Assembly (NCBI GenBank): GCA_964459125.1
Contig: CAYWLM010000001.1
Coordinates: forward strand, 1-62,286
Reading direction: 5' to 3'
Length of the DNA: 62,286 bases
From: an uncultured Methylomonas sp.
GTDB lineage: Bacteria > Pseudomonadota > Gammaproteobacteria > Methylococcales > Methylomonadaceae
Shown here: positions 24,876 to 35,545 of the stretch, piece after piece
How positions within the stretch are numbered: position 1 is the first letter of the stretch
Layout of the letters: each line of letters starts with the position of its first letter
Translations under genes and position numbers: made by a program
The notes under the pieces: model-generated
Databases searched by the model: none
What the model saw: only the letters and a program-made list of their open reading frames with translations
Told to the model about the DNA's origin: nothing

Positions 24876-25781
24876 ATGCATTATATAGAACCTAATCAGG
24901 ATTACCGTACTCAAAGTACACATGATCACACTGCCGAGGAATTAAGAAAAGCCGCTGTTAAACATTACGATGCCTGTTACCGGGATTACCTGTTTGCCTG
25001 GAGTGGCCGGGATGATTTGGCTTTACACTATGGTTATTGGGATGAAAATACTCGCTCACATAGCGAATCATTATTAAAGAAAAATCAAAAACTCTATGAG
25101 GCTGCTGATATACAGCCCAGTGATTATGTTTTAGATGCAGGCTGTGGTATCGGTGGCAGCTCAATTTGGATGGCAAAGAATCATGCTAATCACTTAAAAG
25201 CGATTACCATCAGTGCCAAACAAGCTTATTATGCAGAGCAGCATGCAAAGCGTCATGGCGTTGCGCAACACATTGATTTTGAAGTATCCGATTTTTGTGC
25301 CACTCCTTATGCAGATGCAACCTTTGATATCGTCTGGGGACTGGAAAGTGTTTGTCATGCTTTGAATAAAGCAGATTTTATACGCGAGGCTTTTCGGGTA
25401 TTAAAAAAGGGTGGGCGACTGGTGGTGTGTGATGGCTTTTTAATGCAACGAGAAGTTGCAGACGAAGATTGGCCTGCCATGGTTGATTGCCTTGATGGCT
25501 GGGCGGTACCTAATTTATGTCTACGAGAAGAATTTGCACAATTATTAAGTGAGCAGGGTTTTAGTCATACTAACTATAATGATATTACCGAGCAGACTTT
25601 ACCCTCAGCTGACTATATGTATAAAGTTGCTAAACGCCTACAGCCAGTGCAAAAAATTAGTCAGTGGCTAGGTTTGCGCAGTGAAACCCAGACTGCTAAT
25701 TTTAAAGTGGGTTTGGCGCAACATCATTTATTTCACAATAATCTGGTGGAATACGGTATATTTAGCGCAAAAAAATTATAA
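24876..25781 (+). CDS. Class I SAM-dependent methyltransferase, sterol/tocopherol-MT-like
   Basis: LHYGYWD, VLDAGCGIGGS, FDIVWGLESVCH, EAFRVLKKGG. Confidence 0.8.
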   Translation: MHYIEPNQDYRTQSTHDHTAEELRKAAVKHYDACYRDYLFAWSGRDDLALHYGYWDENTRSHSESLLKKNQKLYEAADIQPSDYVLDAGCGIGGSSIWMAKNHANHLKAITISAKQAYYAEQHAKRHGVAQHIDFEVSDFCATPYADATFDIVWGLESVCHALNKADFIREAFRVLKKGGRLVVCDGFLMQREVADEDWPAMVDCLDGWAVPNLCLREEFAQLLSEQGFSHTNYNDITEQTLPSADYMYKVAKRLQPVQKISQWLGLRSETQTANFKVGLAQHHLFHNNLVEYGIFSAKKL

Positions 25782-25812
25782 ATGATTACTTTATAAAACA
25801 TGGAGAAATAAT

Positions 25813-26382
25813 ATGAAAAAAATACTTTTTATCGCTTTATTAATACTATCGCAGTCGGTTTTAGCTGAGTGGGTGCTAGATAATAAAGCATCTACACTTG
25901 ACTTTACTACTACAAAAAATGTTAGCAAAACTGAAGTACAAACTTTTAAGGTCATGCAAGGGCAAATTAAAGGTGAAGCAGCGGTTATAACAGTTGATTT
26001 AAGCAGTGTGGATACAGGGATTGAGATAAGAGATCAACGTATACAAGAACTATTTTTTAATGTCGTAAAATTTCCCAGAGCCACTGCAAGTATTAATGTT
26101 AAAGAATCCGATGTTAACTCGATAAATACAGGTCAAATTAAAACCATGTATGTTGATGCCGTAATTGATTTACATGGTGTAAAACAAACGGTTCCGGTAC
26201 AAGTGCAAGTGGTGGCTTTAGAAAAAAACTCACGTCTGGTTATTTCCAGGCATCCGGTTATTATAAATTTAACAAATTTTAATTTACTTGATGGTGTTAA
26301 TGCATTGCGTGATATTGCAAAATTAAAAAGTATTAATGTAGCAGTCCCTGTTACATTCAGTTTATTATTTACACAAAAATAA
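25813..26382 (+). CDS. YceI-family periplasmic lipid/polyisoprenoid-binding protein
   Basis: Signal peptide, W.LD...S.L.F...K, VDLSSVDTGIEIRD, DLHGVK. Confidence 0.88.
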   Translation: MKKILFIALLILSQSVLAEWVLDNKASTLDFTTTKNVSKTEVQTFKVMQGQIKGEAAVITVDLSSVDTGIEIRDQRIQELFFNVVKFPRATASINVKESDVNSINTGQIKTMYVDAVIDLHGVKQTVPVQVQVVALEKNSRLVISRHPVIINLTNFNLLDGVNALRDIAKLKSINVAVPVTFSLLFTQK

Positions 26383-26541
26383 TTATTTATTTTACGTGCA
26401 ATAATGCTTGCACTTTATTGATATTTTGATTCCGATTCCGTCAGTGTCAGGCCTGTCAAATCATAAGCTGAATTAATTTAGTCAGAGCCTCCAGTAAGAG
26501 GGGCCTGTTATACCTATTTATTCATTTTTTAGTTGGTCGTT

Positions 26542-26973
26542 ATGCAAAAGAAAAAAAATTATAGTCTAGGAACATTATTTGTAAGTATTTGTTTAGTAGT
26601 TGTTTTAAATGGCTGCTCGGATGATAAGCCGAAACAGCAAGTTACCAAGGTACATAACCCATGGGATCATTCGCATGATGCAGTTGTAACAGATATACAA
26701 AAACATGTTTTTGAGCATGATTTTGCTGAGCAGTGTGTAGACAGGGAAGTCAGCAAGTCAATAAATAAAGAAAATGACAGCAAGCGCTTTGCCAAACCGT
26801 GTATGTGTATAGCGACTTTTATGATGAAAGATTTAACAGCGGTAGAAGCCGAAAAATTCCTGAAAGAAAACAAGAGTACACAATCGCTAAGGATTCGCTT
26901 CGAAAACGCAGCGTATCATTGTTTACAGGAAAAACAACAATCTAAATCACCGCAGGTGTTTAAAAATCGATAG
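26542..26973 (+). CDS. Hypothetical lipoprotein with a His-rich patch and four further Cys
   Basis: Lipobox LNGC; HNPWDHSHD; EQC, PCMC, YHC. Confidence 0.7.
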   Translation: MQKKKNYSLGTLFVSICLVVVLNGCSDDKPKQQVTKVHNPWDHSHDAVVTDIQKHVFEHDFAEQCVDREVSKSINKENDSKRFAKPCMCIATFMMKDLTAVEAEKFLKENKSTQSLRIRFENAAYHCLQEKQQSKSPQVFKNR

Positions 26974-27088
26974 AAGGTAAACGAAATTATTCAGGGTCAA
27001 CTTGAATATTCTGCTATTTAATAGCAAGGTTACAACTGACTATTTTTTTCTCTTGGACAGGCTTTAAAACGAGCGAGTACTATCTGTT

Positions 27089-27571
27089 ATGCAAATAATA
27101 CATGAGCCCAGTCCAGAGAATGGTTATCTAAATCAACATGCCGAGCTATTGATATCAAGTTACCATCACTGGACAGGTAAAGATCTGGTAAAGCCCGGGC
27201 ATTCTGACGGGGATAAATGTCGCGCCCTCTTTCAAGCGCCATACGCTGTTGTCTCACACAACAAAGACGATACCCCCGTTTTTAACTATGGCAATCAGAC
27301 TGCGCTAAGTGTATTTGAAATGGACTGGTCAGCGTTTACTCGCCTGGCTTCTCAAAAATCAGCGGAATCTGTGAATCAGGCAGAACGAGATCAGCTCTTG
27401 ACTCGTGTAAGCAAACTAGGCTTTATCGATGACTACCGAGGCGTCAGGATATCGTCGACAGGTAGACATTTTTTGATTGAAGATGCTACTGTATGGAATA
27501 TAGTTGACGCAAGAGGCGAGTACTATGGCCAGGCAGCAGTATTTTATAAATGGTTGGAACTCTGTAGGTGA
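27089..27571 (+). CDS. Stand-alone MEKHLA (PAS-like) domain protein
   Basis: SY..WTG..L, APYAVVSH, PVFNYGN, Y.GVRISSTG..F.I..ATVWN, GQAA.F. Confidence 0.9.
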   Translation: MQIIHEPSPENGYLNQHAELLISSYHHWTGKDLVKPGHSDGDKCRALFQAPYAVVSHNKDDTPVFNYGNQTALSVFEMDWSAFTRLASQKSAESVNQAERDQLLTRVSKLGFIDDYRGVRISSTGRHFLIEDATVWNIVDARGEYYGQAAVFYKWLELCR

Positions 27572-27591
27572 TGGTGTGTTACACAAATAGT

Positions 27592-27754
27592 TATACTTCG
27601 CGCGGTGACGGTTGCAGATTTTATAGCGAGTTGATTTTGGTCGAAAGCAAGGCGCTGAAACAGGCGCATAGCAAGCTACGCGGCTGATTCAGCAACGCAG
27701 CTATCGGCAAAAATCGGCCGCCAGAAAACCGCAACCGGGGCCGGGCGAAGTATA
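27592..27754. mobile_element. ERIC-like palindromic MITE (163 bp)
   Basis: Ends TATACTTCGC/GCGAAGTATA, nested stems GGTTGC/GCAACC and GTTGATTTTGGTCGA/TCGGCAAAAATCGGC, core AAGGCG...AACGCAG; TA at both ends. Confidence 0.8.
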
Positions 27755-27974
27755 TATTGCGATTTCTTCCCTTGCATCCTCACCTCGAATATTAGGCTAG
27801 GATGCCTAAGCATAAAAGCTCAAAACTTTATTGATTTTCCATTAGTGAAAAAACGAGCCCAATCCAACCCAATGCGTAAATTAAGTGATGATAAGAAGGG
27901 ATAGTCATGATCGTAAGATATGCAACTGTGCGTTATTTAAACAAAGCGAATAGTATAACAAACTGAAAAATTAG

Positions 27975-28910
27975 TTATTTCGCATAGCGCAGCTTTCTAT
28001 CTTTGCGTGTCCACAAGAAAAAAACTACTGCCGTACCTATCAATCCCATCATGCCGCCCGGGCCCCAGATCATAATTCCGCCTAATTGTTGATCTAACAT
28101 TACTTCAATGGCTAAACGCCCATCAAGTACATCGTATGCGGCATAGATCTGGTCTCTTTTTAAGGTAATCATCGCGCCAATAATGGTGTTAGGGATCGTC
28201 ACTAACCACAAAATAACGATGCGCATACCAAAGGGAATACGTGATGTTTTTTGACGTGGATCGCAGATTAACCACCAGAAAAAGAAGCCGGTGAGGATCA
28301 TGGTGAAGTGCATCCAGTTATGTAATGACTGATCTGCCAGAGCGCGGTTATGCAAGCTAGGAATTTGCCAGATTAATAAGGTTACGATAAATAGCATAGA
28401 AGCGATTACCGGATGGCCTAAGAACTTATAGAGCCATTGCACTGGCTTATTTCTGACAATAGGTGTTACAACTGAATGACGTATTATTTTAGGCAGTCCT
28501 TGTAAGAGTGGAGCAAGAGGCATGCTTAATATGAGTAGTAAGGGACCTAGGCCACGCATGAGTAAATGTTCGATTTGATGAAAAAAAAGAAAGTGTTCTG
28601 ATAGTGGTTCTAATGGTGATTGTAAGGCTATGACAAAACAAAGCATGCCGAGTAAAAAGGTAATTGTTTGCCCTATGCTCACTGGACGACCTGCTTCTCG
28701 CCTTTTAGCACGACCACGGAAATAAACGACCACGGTCAATAACATCGGAATGGCAACATCTGGTGTATAAATCCACGCTGACCAGATAGGCTGCCAGGGT
28801 CTAATTTCACCGTGAGCGAAGCTTATTAGCGGGACAAGAAATAGGTAAAACGCTATTAGAACTTTTATAGGATTAGGATACACAGTTTTATAAACAAGAA
28901 GGATAGGCAA
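27975..28910 (-). CDS. CtaG-type (caa3) cytochrome c oxidase assembly / copper-insertion membrane protein
   Basis: ALQSPL, FFHQIEHLL, WQIP.LH, HNWMH, DQQLGGIMIWGPG; true start probably GTG 28883. Confidence 0.85.
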   Translation of the reverse strand: MPILLVYKTVYPNPIKVLIAFYLFLVPLISFAHGEIRPWQPIWSAWIYTPDVAIPMLLTVVVYFRGRAKRREAGRPVSIGQTITFLLGMLCFVIALQSPLEPLSEHFLFFHQIEHLLMRGLGPLLLILSMPLAPLLQGLPKIIRHSVVTPIVRNKPVQWLYKFLGHPVIASMLFIVTLLIWQIPSLHNRALADQSLHNWMHFTMILTGFFFWWLICDPRQKTSRIPFGMRIVILWLVTIPNTIIGAMITLKRDQIYAAYDVLDGRLAIEVMLDQQLGGIMIWGPGGMMGLIGTAVVFFLWTRKDRKLRYAK

Positions 28911-28927
28911 TGCTTTTTGCCTATCCT
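28900..28927 (-). terminator. Hairpin downstream of dxs (probable terminator)
   Basis: AGGATAGGCAA/TTGCCTATCCT stem followed by TCTTGTTT on the minus strand. Confidence 0.65.
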
Positions 28928-28940
28928 ATATTTTACAGGA

Positions 28941-30803
28941 TTATGCGCAGAAATCTTCTATGCGTGATAATATGCCCGGCATATCCAAAATACATTCTGC
29001 TAATAGCTCTTCACGAGTCCCTTGTTCGATAAATCTATCAGGTAAGGCGATATTTAAAACCGGCATTAATATTTGTTTTGCCTGTAAAAATTCATTAACC
29101 GCACTACCTGCGCCACCGGCCAATACATTTTCTTCAATAGTGACTAGCACATCATGGCTTTTAGCCATCGCTAAAATGATTTTTTCATCAAGCGGTTTAA
29201 TAAAACGCATATTAACCACGGTAGCACCAAGATGTTTGCCTACTTCGAGTGCAGGTGTGACCATGCTGCCCCAGGCTAGAATAGCAATCCGGCCACCCTT
29301 ATGACGTATTTCTGCCTTACCAATTTCTAATTCACTAAAATCAGTATTGACTTTAGTGCCAGGGCCTTTGCCACGGGGGTAACGTACTGAAGCAGGGCCA
29401 TCGTAGTTGTAGCCAGTAGTTAGCATCTGGCGGCATTCATTTTCATCAGCGGGTGCCATAACTAGCATATTTGGAATGCAACGCAGAAAACTATAATCAA
29501 AATTACCCGCATGAGTCGGACCATCTGGACCAACAAGACCTGCACGGTCTACAGCAAATAACACATCCAGGTTCTGAATGGCAACATCGTGTACTAATTG
29601 ATCATAAGCGCGTTGCAAAAATGTAGAGTAAATTGCAACAATCGGTTTTGCACCTTGGCAGGCTTGTCCAGCAGCTAAAGTAACAGCATGCTGTTCGGCG
29701 ATGGCAACATCAAAATATCGTTTTGGAAAACGTTCTGAAAATTCAACCATTCCAGAGCCTTCACGCATAGCGGGGGTTATACCTAATAATCGCTGATCTT
29801 GTTCAGCCATGTCACATAACCAGCTACCAAATACCTGAGTATAAGTAGGGTGAGGCGAAGGCGCAGCTTTAGGTAAGCAATCTTTGGTACGGTCAAAGGC
29901 TGGAACACCATGGTATGCTAATGGATCCTTTTCTGCAGGCGCATAGCCTTTACCTTTTTTTGTTACGATATGCAGAAACACTGGCCCAGAAAGCTCTTTT
30001 ACGGCGCGTAGTGTATCCACCAGCATATCAATATCATGGCCATCAATAGGGCCAATATAATTAAAACCGAGTTCTTCAAACAATGTTCCCGGAACAATCA
30101 TGCCTTTAACATGTTCCTCGGTCTTTTTAGCAAGCTGCCATACTGACGGTAATCCACTGAGTACTTTTTTACTTTCTTCGCGGACTGAAGAGTAAAGCTT
30201 ACTTGAGATGATCTTGGTGAAATAGTTATTCATGGCACCGACATTAGGTGAAATCGCCATGTCATTATCATTCAGAATAACCAGTAAATTGGCATCGATC
30301 GCGCCTGCGTGGTTCATCGCTTCAAAGGCCATCCCGCCGGTTATACTGCCATCGCCGATGATGGCCACCATACGACTGTCTTCGCCTTTGTTTTCAGCTG
30401 CAATGGCCATACCTAATGCAGCACTTATCGAGGTGCTCGAGTGTCCTACTCCAAAAGCATCATATTCACTTTCCTGACGTTTAGGAAATGCAGAGACACC
30501 TCCTTTAGTACGAATCGTTGGCATACGTTCCTTACGGCCGGTTAGAATTTTATGTGGGTAAGCCTGATGACCAACATCCCAGACTAGCTTGTCTTTTGGG
30601 GTATTGTAGACATAATGCAAAGCAACAGTTAACTCAACTGTGCCTAAGCCAGCCGAAAAATGGCCACCTGATAAACTAACAGTATGGGTTAAAAATTCGC
30701 GTAATTCCTTAGCTAAAGGTATTAATTGAGCTCTGGATAATTTACGTACGTCTTCGGGCAGATCGATAGTATGTAAAAGTGGGTAGTTTTCTGCGATTTT
30801 CAT
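28941..30803 (-). CDS. dxs: 1-deoxy-D-xylulose-5-phosphate synthase
   Basis: [64 protein letters not shown] 30803 with an AAGGA RBS. Confidence 0.98.
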   Translation of the reverse strand: MKIAENYPLLHTIDLPEDVRKLSRAQLIPLAKELREFLTHTVSLSGGHFSAGLGTVELTVALHYVYNTPKDKLVWDVGHQAYPHKILTGRKERMPTIRTKGGVSAFPKRQESEYDAFGVGHSSTSISAALGMAIAAENKGEDSRMVAIIGDGSITGGMAFEAMNHAGAIDANLLVILNDNDMAISPNVGAMNNYFTKIISSKLYSSVREESKKVLSGLPSVWQLAKKTEEHVKGMIVPGTLFEELGFNYIGPIDGHDIDMLVDTLRAVKELSGPVFLHIVTKKGKGYAPAEKDPLAYHGVPAFDRTKDCLPKAAPSPHPTYTQVFGSWLCDMAEQDQRLLGITPAMREGSGMVEFSERFPKRYFDVAIAEQHAVTLAAGQACQGAKPIVAIYSTFLQRAYDQLVHDVAIQNLDVLFAVDRAGLVGPDGPTHAGNFDYSFLRCIPNMLVMAPADENECRQMLTTGYNYDGPASVRYPRGKGPGTKVNTDFSELEIGKAEIRHKGGRIAILAWGSMVTPALEVGKHLGATVVNMRFIKPLDEKIILAMAKSHDVLVTIEENVLAGGAGSAVNEFLQAKQILMPVLNIALPDRFIEQGTREELLAECILDMPGILSRIEDFCA

Positions 30804-30813
30804 AGTACGTTCC

Positions 30814-32205
30814 TTATGACCCTTTTTTTGATTTGAGAGCATGGCTAGCCAGGTTTTTCCCGAGCGACCAAATTGAGCCAGGGACTTTGTGAGTGTCAGC
30901 AATGGCTTGATCGAATGAGTTAACAACCCAGTCACGATCTTTTTGTGTTAAGTTCAGTGGCGGCAGTAATTTAACAACATTCATACCGTGCCCTGCCACC
31001 TGTGTGAGCAGGTGATGATCTTTAAATAAGGGTATGGTGATCATCTGACAAAATAATCCCTTATTGGCCGCTTCCAGTGTCGCCCAGGCTGCTTTAAGCT
31101 TTAGGCTTTTCGGTGCCTGAAATTCAATTGCAACCATTAAACCTTTACCGCGGGCTTGTTTTAAAAATTCGTATTTGCTACTCATGCCGTTGATACTATT
31201 AATGATGTCATCACCGACCTTTGCGCTGTTTTCAACCAGTTTCTCATCTTCTATGACTTGCAGTGTTGCAAGGCCTGCTGCCATCGCCATATTATTTTTG
31301 GAAAATGTCGATCCATGCACAACCGCTCTGTCCATACGGTTGAATACGGTGTCCATAATTTTGTTGGTCATGGCAACACCCCCAACAGGAACAAAGCCGC
31401 CTGATAAGGCTTTGGCCATACAAATCATGTCCGGTTGTACATCCCAGTGTTCTATTGCCCAGAATTTTCCGGTACGTCCAATACCTGTCTGGACTTCATC
31501 GGCAACAAATAACGTGCCGTATTTTTGACATAGCCGTTGTACTTCCGGCAAGTAATTGTCATCGGGAATATTAACCCCTTTGCCCTGTATGGGTTCGACT
31601 ATAAATGCAGCAACATCTTTCGCGCTTAATGCTTGTTCCAGTGCAGCAAGGTCATTAAATGGCACTGAACTACAACCAGGCAGGAATGGTCCAAAGCCTT
31701 CCCGGAAAACCTCTTCACCGATTAAAGATAAAGAGCCCATGGTTAAGCCATGATAGCCATGATCACAGTATACTATTTTTTCGCGTTTTGTGGTGTAACG
31801 GGCAAACTTAATAGCAGCCTCGACAGATTCAGTACCTGAATTACAAAAAAACATTTTATTCAGATTGTCGGGTGTCGTAGTCAGAATTTTCTTGGCCAGT
31901 AAACCGCTTAAAAGTGATACATCCATTTGCACCAGATTAGGTAATTCCAGTGTTAGTGTTTCTTGTAATGCACTAATTACAGTAGGGTGGTTTCGTCCCA
32001 AGGCAAACACTCCAAAACCACTTAGGCAATCCAGATATTCAATATTATCCTGATCATATAAATATTGACCCAGAGCTTTTGAGTAGTTGCGGTCATAGCC
32101 TATCGTTTGCAAGACCCGAACCATTTGATTATTCAAATAGTTTTCGTGTAACTCAAATTTTTCCTGGCTATGTTGAGTAAAAAGTTCGGCGATACTGAAT
32201 GACAT
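30814..32205 (-). CDS. hpnO: Class III aminotransferase HpnO (aminobacteriohopanetriol synthesis)
   Basis: [42 protein letters not shown]; located in the shc operon. Confidence 0.88.
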   Translation of the reverse strand: MSFSIAELFTQHSQEKFELHENYLNNQMVRVLQTIGYDRNYSKALGQYLYDQDNIEYLDCLSGFGVFALGRNHPTVISALQETLTLELPNLVQMDVSLLSGLLAKKILTTTPDNLNKMFFCNSGTESVEAAIKFARYTTKREKIVYCDHGYHGLTMGSLSLIGEEVFREGFGPFLPGCSSVPFNDLAALEQALSAKDVAAFIVEPIQGKGVNIPDDNYLPEVQRLCQKYGTLFVADEVQTGIGRTGKFWAIEHWDVQPDMICMAKALSGGFVPVGGVAMTNKIMDTVFNRMDRAVVHGSTFSKNNMAMAAGLATLQVIEDEKLVENSAKVGDDIINSINGMSSKYEFLKQARGKGLMVAIEFQAPKSLKLKAAWATLEAANKGLFCQMITIPLFKDHHLLTQVAGHGMNVVKLLPPLNLTQKDRDWVVNSFDQAIADTHKVPGSIWSLGKNLASHALKSKKGS

Positions 32206-32225
32206 GACTATTCTTGATAATATAT

Positions 32226-34829
32226 TTAAAGTTGAATGGTTCTATTGCTAAAAGCAGGCAATATAAAAAGGGTGCAAAACAGGGTAAAACTAATGCCAAC
32301 AGCCAAAGTAATACCCATACTGGAAATGCCAAAATGCGGTATTAGAGCTAAACTGATAAAACTACTCATCGTGGTAATCGAACTGAACATAACGCCACGA
32401 GCAGTAGTAGTTTGTAATAAGTGCTGGTTGTCTTCGAGGCTTTCATGTAAACAGTGCATAATATGGATGCCACTATCAACCCCCATGCCTAGTAGTAATG
32501 GTAGGGCGATAATATTAGCAAAATTAAACGGAATGCCAAGGAAAACATTCATAGTGCAAGTTAAAAGGCCAGCGAGTAATAAGGGACCTATGACTAATAG
32601 CGTTTTTTTTAAACTTTTCAACATGAATAAAAGCAATAAGCAAATAATAACTAGCGAACTAGTGAACGCCTGTTGAAAAGCTCGGACTACAGCTTTACCT
32701 GAGGCCTGATCGCCAACAGGCAGTCCGACTGCTGAAGGCTCAATACTTTGTACCTCTTCAGCGAATTGCTTTAAGTTCGCTGGAATGTTTAAATTTTGTT
32801 CCGGCATGATCATCGTACGATAGATGCCGGTCGGGCTTAACCATTGCAGACGAATGTAGTCAGGTATATCATTTATACCAAATTGATAAGCACTTAAACC
32901 CTGACTAAGCATACTAATGGTGTAAGGCAATAGGCCTAAAATACTGTTATCCAGGTTTTGCGCTAATATGACCGGTTCTGGAAATTGCTCCAGAGAGACT
33001 AAAAAATTATCGATGTTTGCACTGAGATCTGACAAGACCTGGGGATCAATGGATGTATTGTTTTTTTCTAGTAAGCTGGCAAGCTTAGCGTTAAATTGGC
33101 TTAACACCGCAACAGTATCAGAAGGTGCAAGTCGTGCGTTAAATTGACTCAGTTGTGGGCCTAAGATTAGAGTCAGGTCTTCAATCGTAAATAGCTTGTC
33201 TTCCTGATCGGTTGCAACCAGACTTTGCAGATTAATGGTACCATGAACTGAAGGTAACAGATCCAGTTTTTCAGCTAATGCTTGTGACTCTTGCAGGTTA
33301 TTGCTTAATGCATACAGTGCATAAGGAGAGTCAGTTTCTGACTTTAATAAATCTTTAAATGTAGTCACCGATGTTGCTTTTGGATTACGCATATCGATTG
33401 GATTGGAATCGAAACTGATATACGGAATGGCAAATAGACAGGCAAATGCTATGACCAAGGTGCTAATGCGAATGGTTTTTTTATAGCGAAAAGGGAGTGT
33501 CTGGATAAAAGAGGGTTGGGCGGGTGCTTTAAAAGCTTCTGCATGTTTAAGTTTGAATATGCTTAGTAGTGCAGGCAAAACCAGCAGAGAAACAGCCAGA
33601 CCAATAAACATGCTGACACCGGATATCAGACCTAATTCAGAAACACCTTTATAATCAGTAGGTATAAAAGCAAAAAAACCTATAGAGGTCGTTGATGCAC
33701 AAAGAAATAGCGAAAAGCCAACGCTATGCAAGGCATTTTTAATTGCGTCTATATTGCTCTGTTTATTGACCAGTTGAGCACGATAATGCAAATTCATATG
33801 GATTGCGAAATCGACTCCCAGGCCTATATAAAGAGCAGCAAATGAAACGGAAATAACATTTAAATGGCCAATTGTGATGGCAGCAAAGCCAGCAGTCAGG
33901 GATAAGCCCATTAGCAAGGCAATCAGGGTTGCTAGCAGAAGTTTTATAGAGCGAAAACATCTGAAAAGGATAACTAAAACCAGCAGCAAGGAGCCAATAC
34001 CGCTGAGTATTGCACCTTTTCCGATATCTTCTAATTCTTCATGCTGCAGAGCAATATCGCCAGTGATGCGAATATTTGAGCCTGGCATTTCGAGCATAAG
34101 TTGTTGGGACACTGTGCGTGCTTTTTCAATGGCCGCAGCGACAGGCATCATTGACTGATAATTTACTCTAGGTTTGGCGATGACAATTCGTCGTGTTTTA
34201 TTAGTTGCGCTATTCGGGTTAAGAATTTCTTGCCAGGACACATGGTAGTGAACACCTTCAGCTGTCTTACCCAGGACTTTGCTGATAGACGATAGCAGTG
34301 CAGGTAAGCTTTGGCTGATCACGCTATCTTCATTTTCCAGAGCCTCAGTCAGAATTGTAAATAGCCCTTGTAGGTGGTAATTTTGTGCCAGATAACCAAT
34401 AAATGGTTGAGCATCTGTCAGGTTACCGGCTAATTTATTGAGCTCTTCCGTGGACAGATAAAGAAAAGCCTGTTGACGGAAAAACGTATTGTCATCAGGA
34501 ATATAATTAGATTCAAAATAATCAATATTACTATTCAGCCGTTTTAATAAATTATTGGCTGCAATAGCTGTTTCTTCAGGTGTTGGTGTATCGACCACAA
34601 ACAGAATGGCATTGGTATCCTGAGGGAAAGCAGTTTCCAGGCGTTTATAATTTTTCTGAAAAGGTAAGTCTGGCGACAGCATTTCAGAGGAATTATTGTT
34701 AACCCCTAGATGGTCTTTTGCATAATAAATACTCAGACCTGTTAATAGTAGAGCGCCACCAAGAATTAGCCATGCATAGCGGGTAACTAGACACCCTTGC
34801 CATTTTAGTATTTTATTTGCTAAGGTCAT
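32226..34829 (-). CDS. hpnN: Hopanoid transporter HpnN (MMPL/RND family)
   Basis: IGLGVDFAIH and LGMGVDSGIH repeats, two TM clusters; located in the shc operon. Confidence 0.92.
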   Translation of the reverse strand: MTLANKILKWQGCLVTRYAWLILGGALLLTGLSIYYAKDHLGVNNNSSEMLSPDLPFQKNYKRLETAFPQDTNAILFVVDTPTPEETAIAANNLLKRLNSNIDYFESNYIPDDNTFFRQQAFLYLSTEELNKLAGNLTDAQPFIGYLAQNYHLQGLFTILTEALENEDSVISQSLPALLSSISKVLGKTAEGVHYHVSWQEILNPNSATNKTRRIVIAKPRVNYQSMMPVAAAIEKARTVSQQLMLEMPGSNIRITGDIALQHEELEDIGKGAILSGIGSLLLVLVILFRCFRSIKLLLATLIALLMGLSLTAGFAAITIGHLNVISVSFAALYIGLGVDFAIHMNLHYRAQLVNKQSNIDAIKNALHSVGFSLFLCASTTSIGFFAFIPTDYKGVSELGLISGVSMFIGLAVSLLVLPALLSIFKLKHAEAFKAPAQPSFIQTLPFRYKKTIRISTLVIAFACLFAIPYISFDSNPIDMRNPKATSVTTFKDLLKSETDSPYALYALSNNLQESQALAEKLDLLPSVHGTINLQSLVATDQEDKLFTIEDLTLILGPQLSQFNARLAPSDTVAVLSQFNAKLASLLEKNNTSIDPQVLSDLSANIDNFLVSLEQFPEPVILAQNLDNSILGLLPYTISMLSQGLSAYQFGINDIPDYIRLQWLSPTGIYRTMIMPEQNLNIPANLKQFAEEVQSIEPSAVGLPVGDQASGKAVVRAFQQAFTSSLVIICLLLLFMLKSLKKTLLVIGPLLLAGLLTCTMNVFLGIPFNFANIIALPLLLGMGVDSGIHIMHCLHESLEDNQHLLQTTTARGVMFSSITTMSSFISLALIPHFGISSMGITLAVGISFTLFCTLFILPAFSNRTIQL

Positions 34830-35545
34830 GCCTGACTCCAGTGGGTCTGTGTTATCTGTGGAAGTCGATGAGCGAGGTATTTTAGGGTTTTATTAGCTGC
34901 ATTGAAATGCAAGCCTAGTTTAATTAAACGCGGCAACTCGCCAGGGTGACTGCATAAGTAGCGCATAAGCTTGCTAGTAGAGACAATGCCACTATCGGTC
35001 ATTGCATAGTTAATCGCTTCAGGTAAATTAAGTTCAGCTGGATCTACAATACTACGTATTGCGATAAAAGGTATCTGTGCCTGGTTTGCAGCCTGCGCGA
35101 CAGCACCCGATTCCATGTCTACAGCGATAGCTTCGGTTAGCTGGTATTGTTTGCTTTTATCTTGTGCCAGGCTGATAACTGTATCGCTTTCCAGAAGGCA
35201 GGCTTGATCATAAGTCATGCAGTTATCAAGTAATTTAATGACTTGCTGTGACCATAGTCTATGCGTTGCTAATTGCTTGTTATCTTTGGTTAATACCCAG
35301 GCAGGGATAACCAGATCTCCCGCTTTTAAATGCGGAGCTAGTGCGCCTGCACAGCCCCAGCTAATTAACTGAGTTGCACCTTGGGCTAATAAATTTTGTG
35401 CAGCACTCTTTGCATTTTTTGGGCCAGAGCCCGATAAGGTGATTAGCGTGTTTTCAGACACAGCAAAGCATTCACCCTGCTTAATCCTGGATTTAGTCAG
35501 GGTATGTAATTCTTCAGGTAAAGCAACCAGAATACCAGTAATCAC
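34826..35545 (-). CDS. hpnG: Hopanoid-associated nucleosidase HpnG
   Basis: PNP/UDP phosphorylase fold: SWGCAGAL.P....GD, AVDMES, IRSIVD; directly downstream of shc. Confidence 0.88.
   Translation of the reverse strand: MITGILVALPEELHTLTKSRIKQGECFAVSENTLITLSGSGPKNAKSAAQNLLAQGATQLISWGCAGALAPHLKAGDLVIPAWVLTKDNKQLATHRLWSQQVIKLLDNCMTYDQACLLESDTVISLAQDKSKQYQLTEAIAVDMESGAVAQAANQAQIPFIAIRSIVDPAELNLPEAINYAMTDSGIVSTSKLMRYLCSHPGELPRLIKLGLHFNAANKTLKYLAHRLPQITQTHWSQA

Noticed and set aside
27755..27960. Possible gene remnant next to the MITE
   Set aside because: Short stop-interrupted frames with no family I can recognise
30804..30935. 44-aa N-terminal extension of Dxs overlapping hpnO
   Set aside because: ORF-caller artefact; ATG 30803 has an RBS and matches the usual Dxs start
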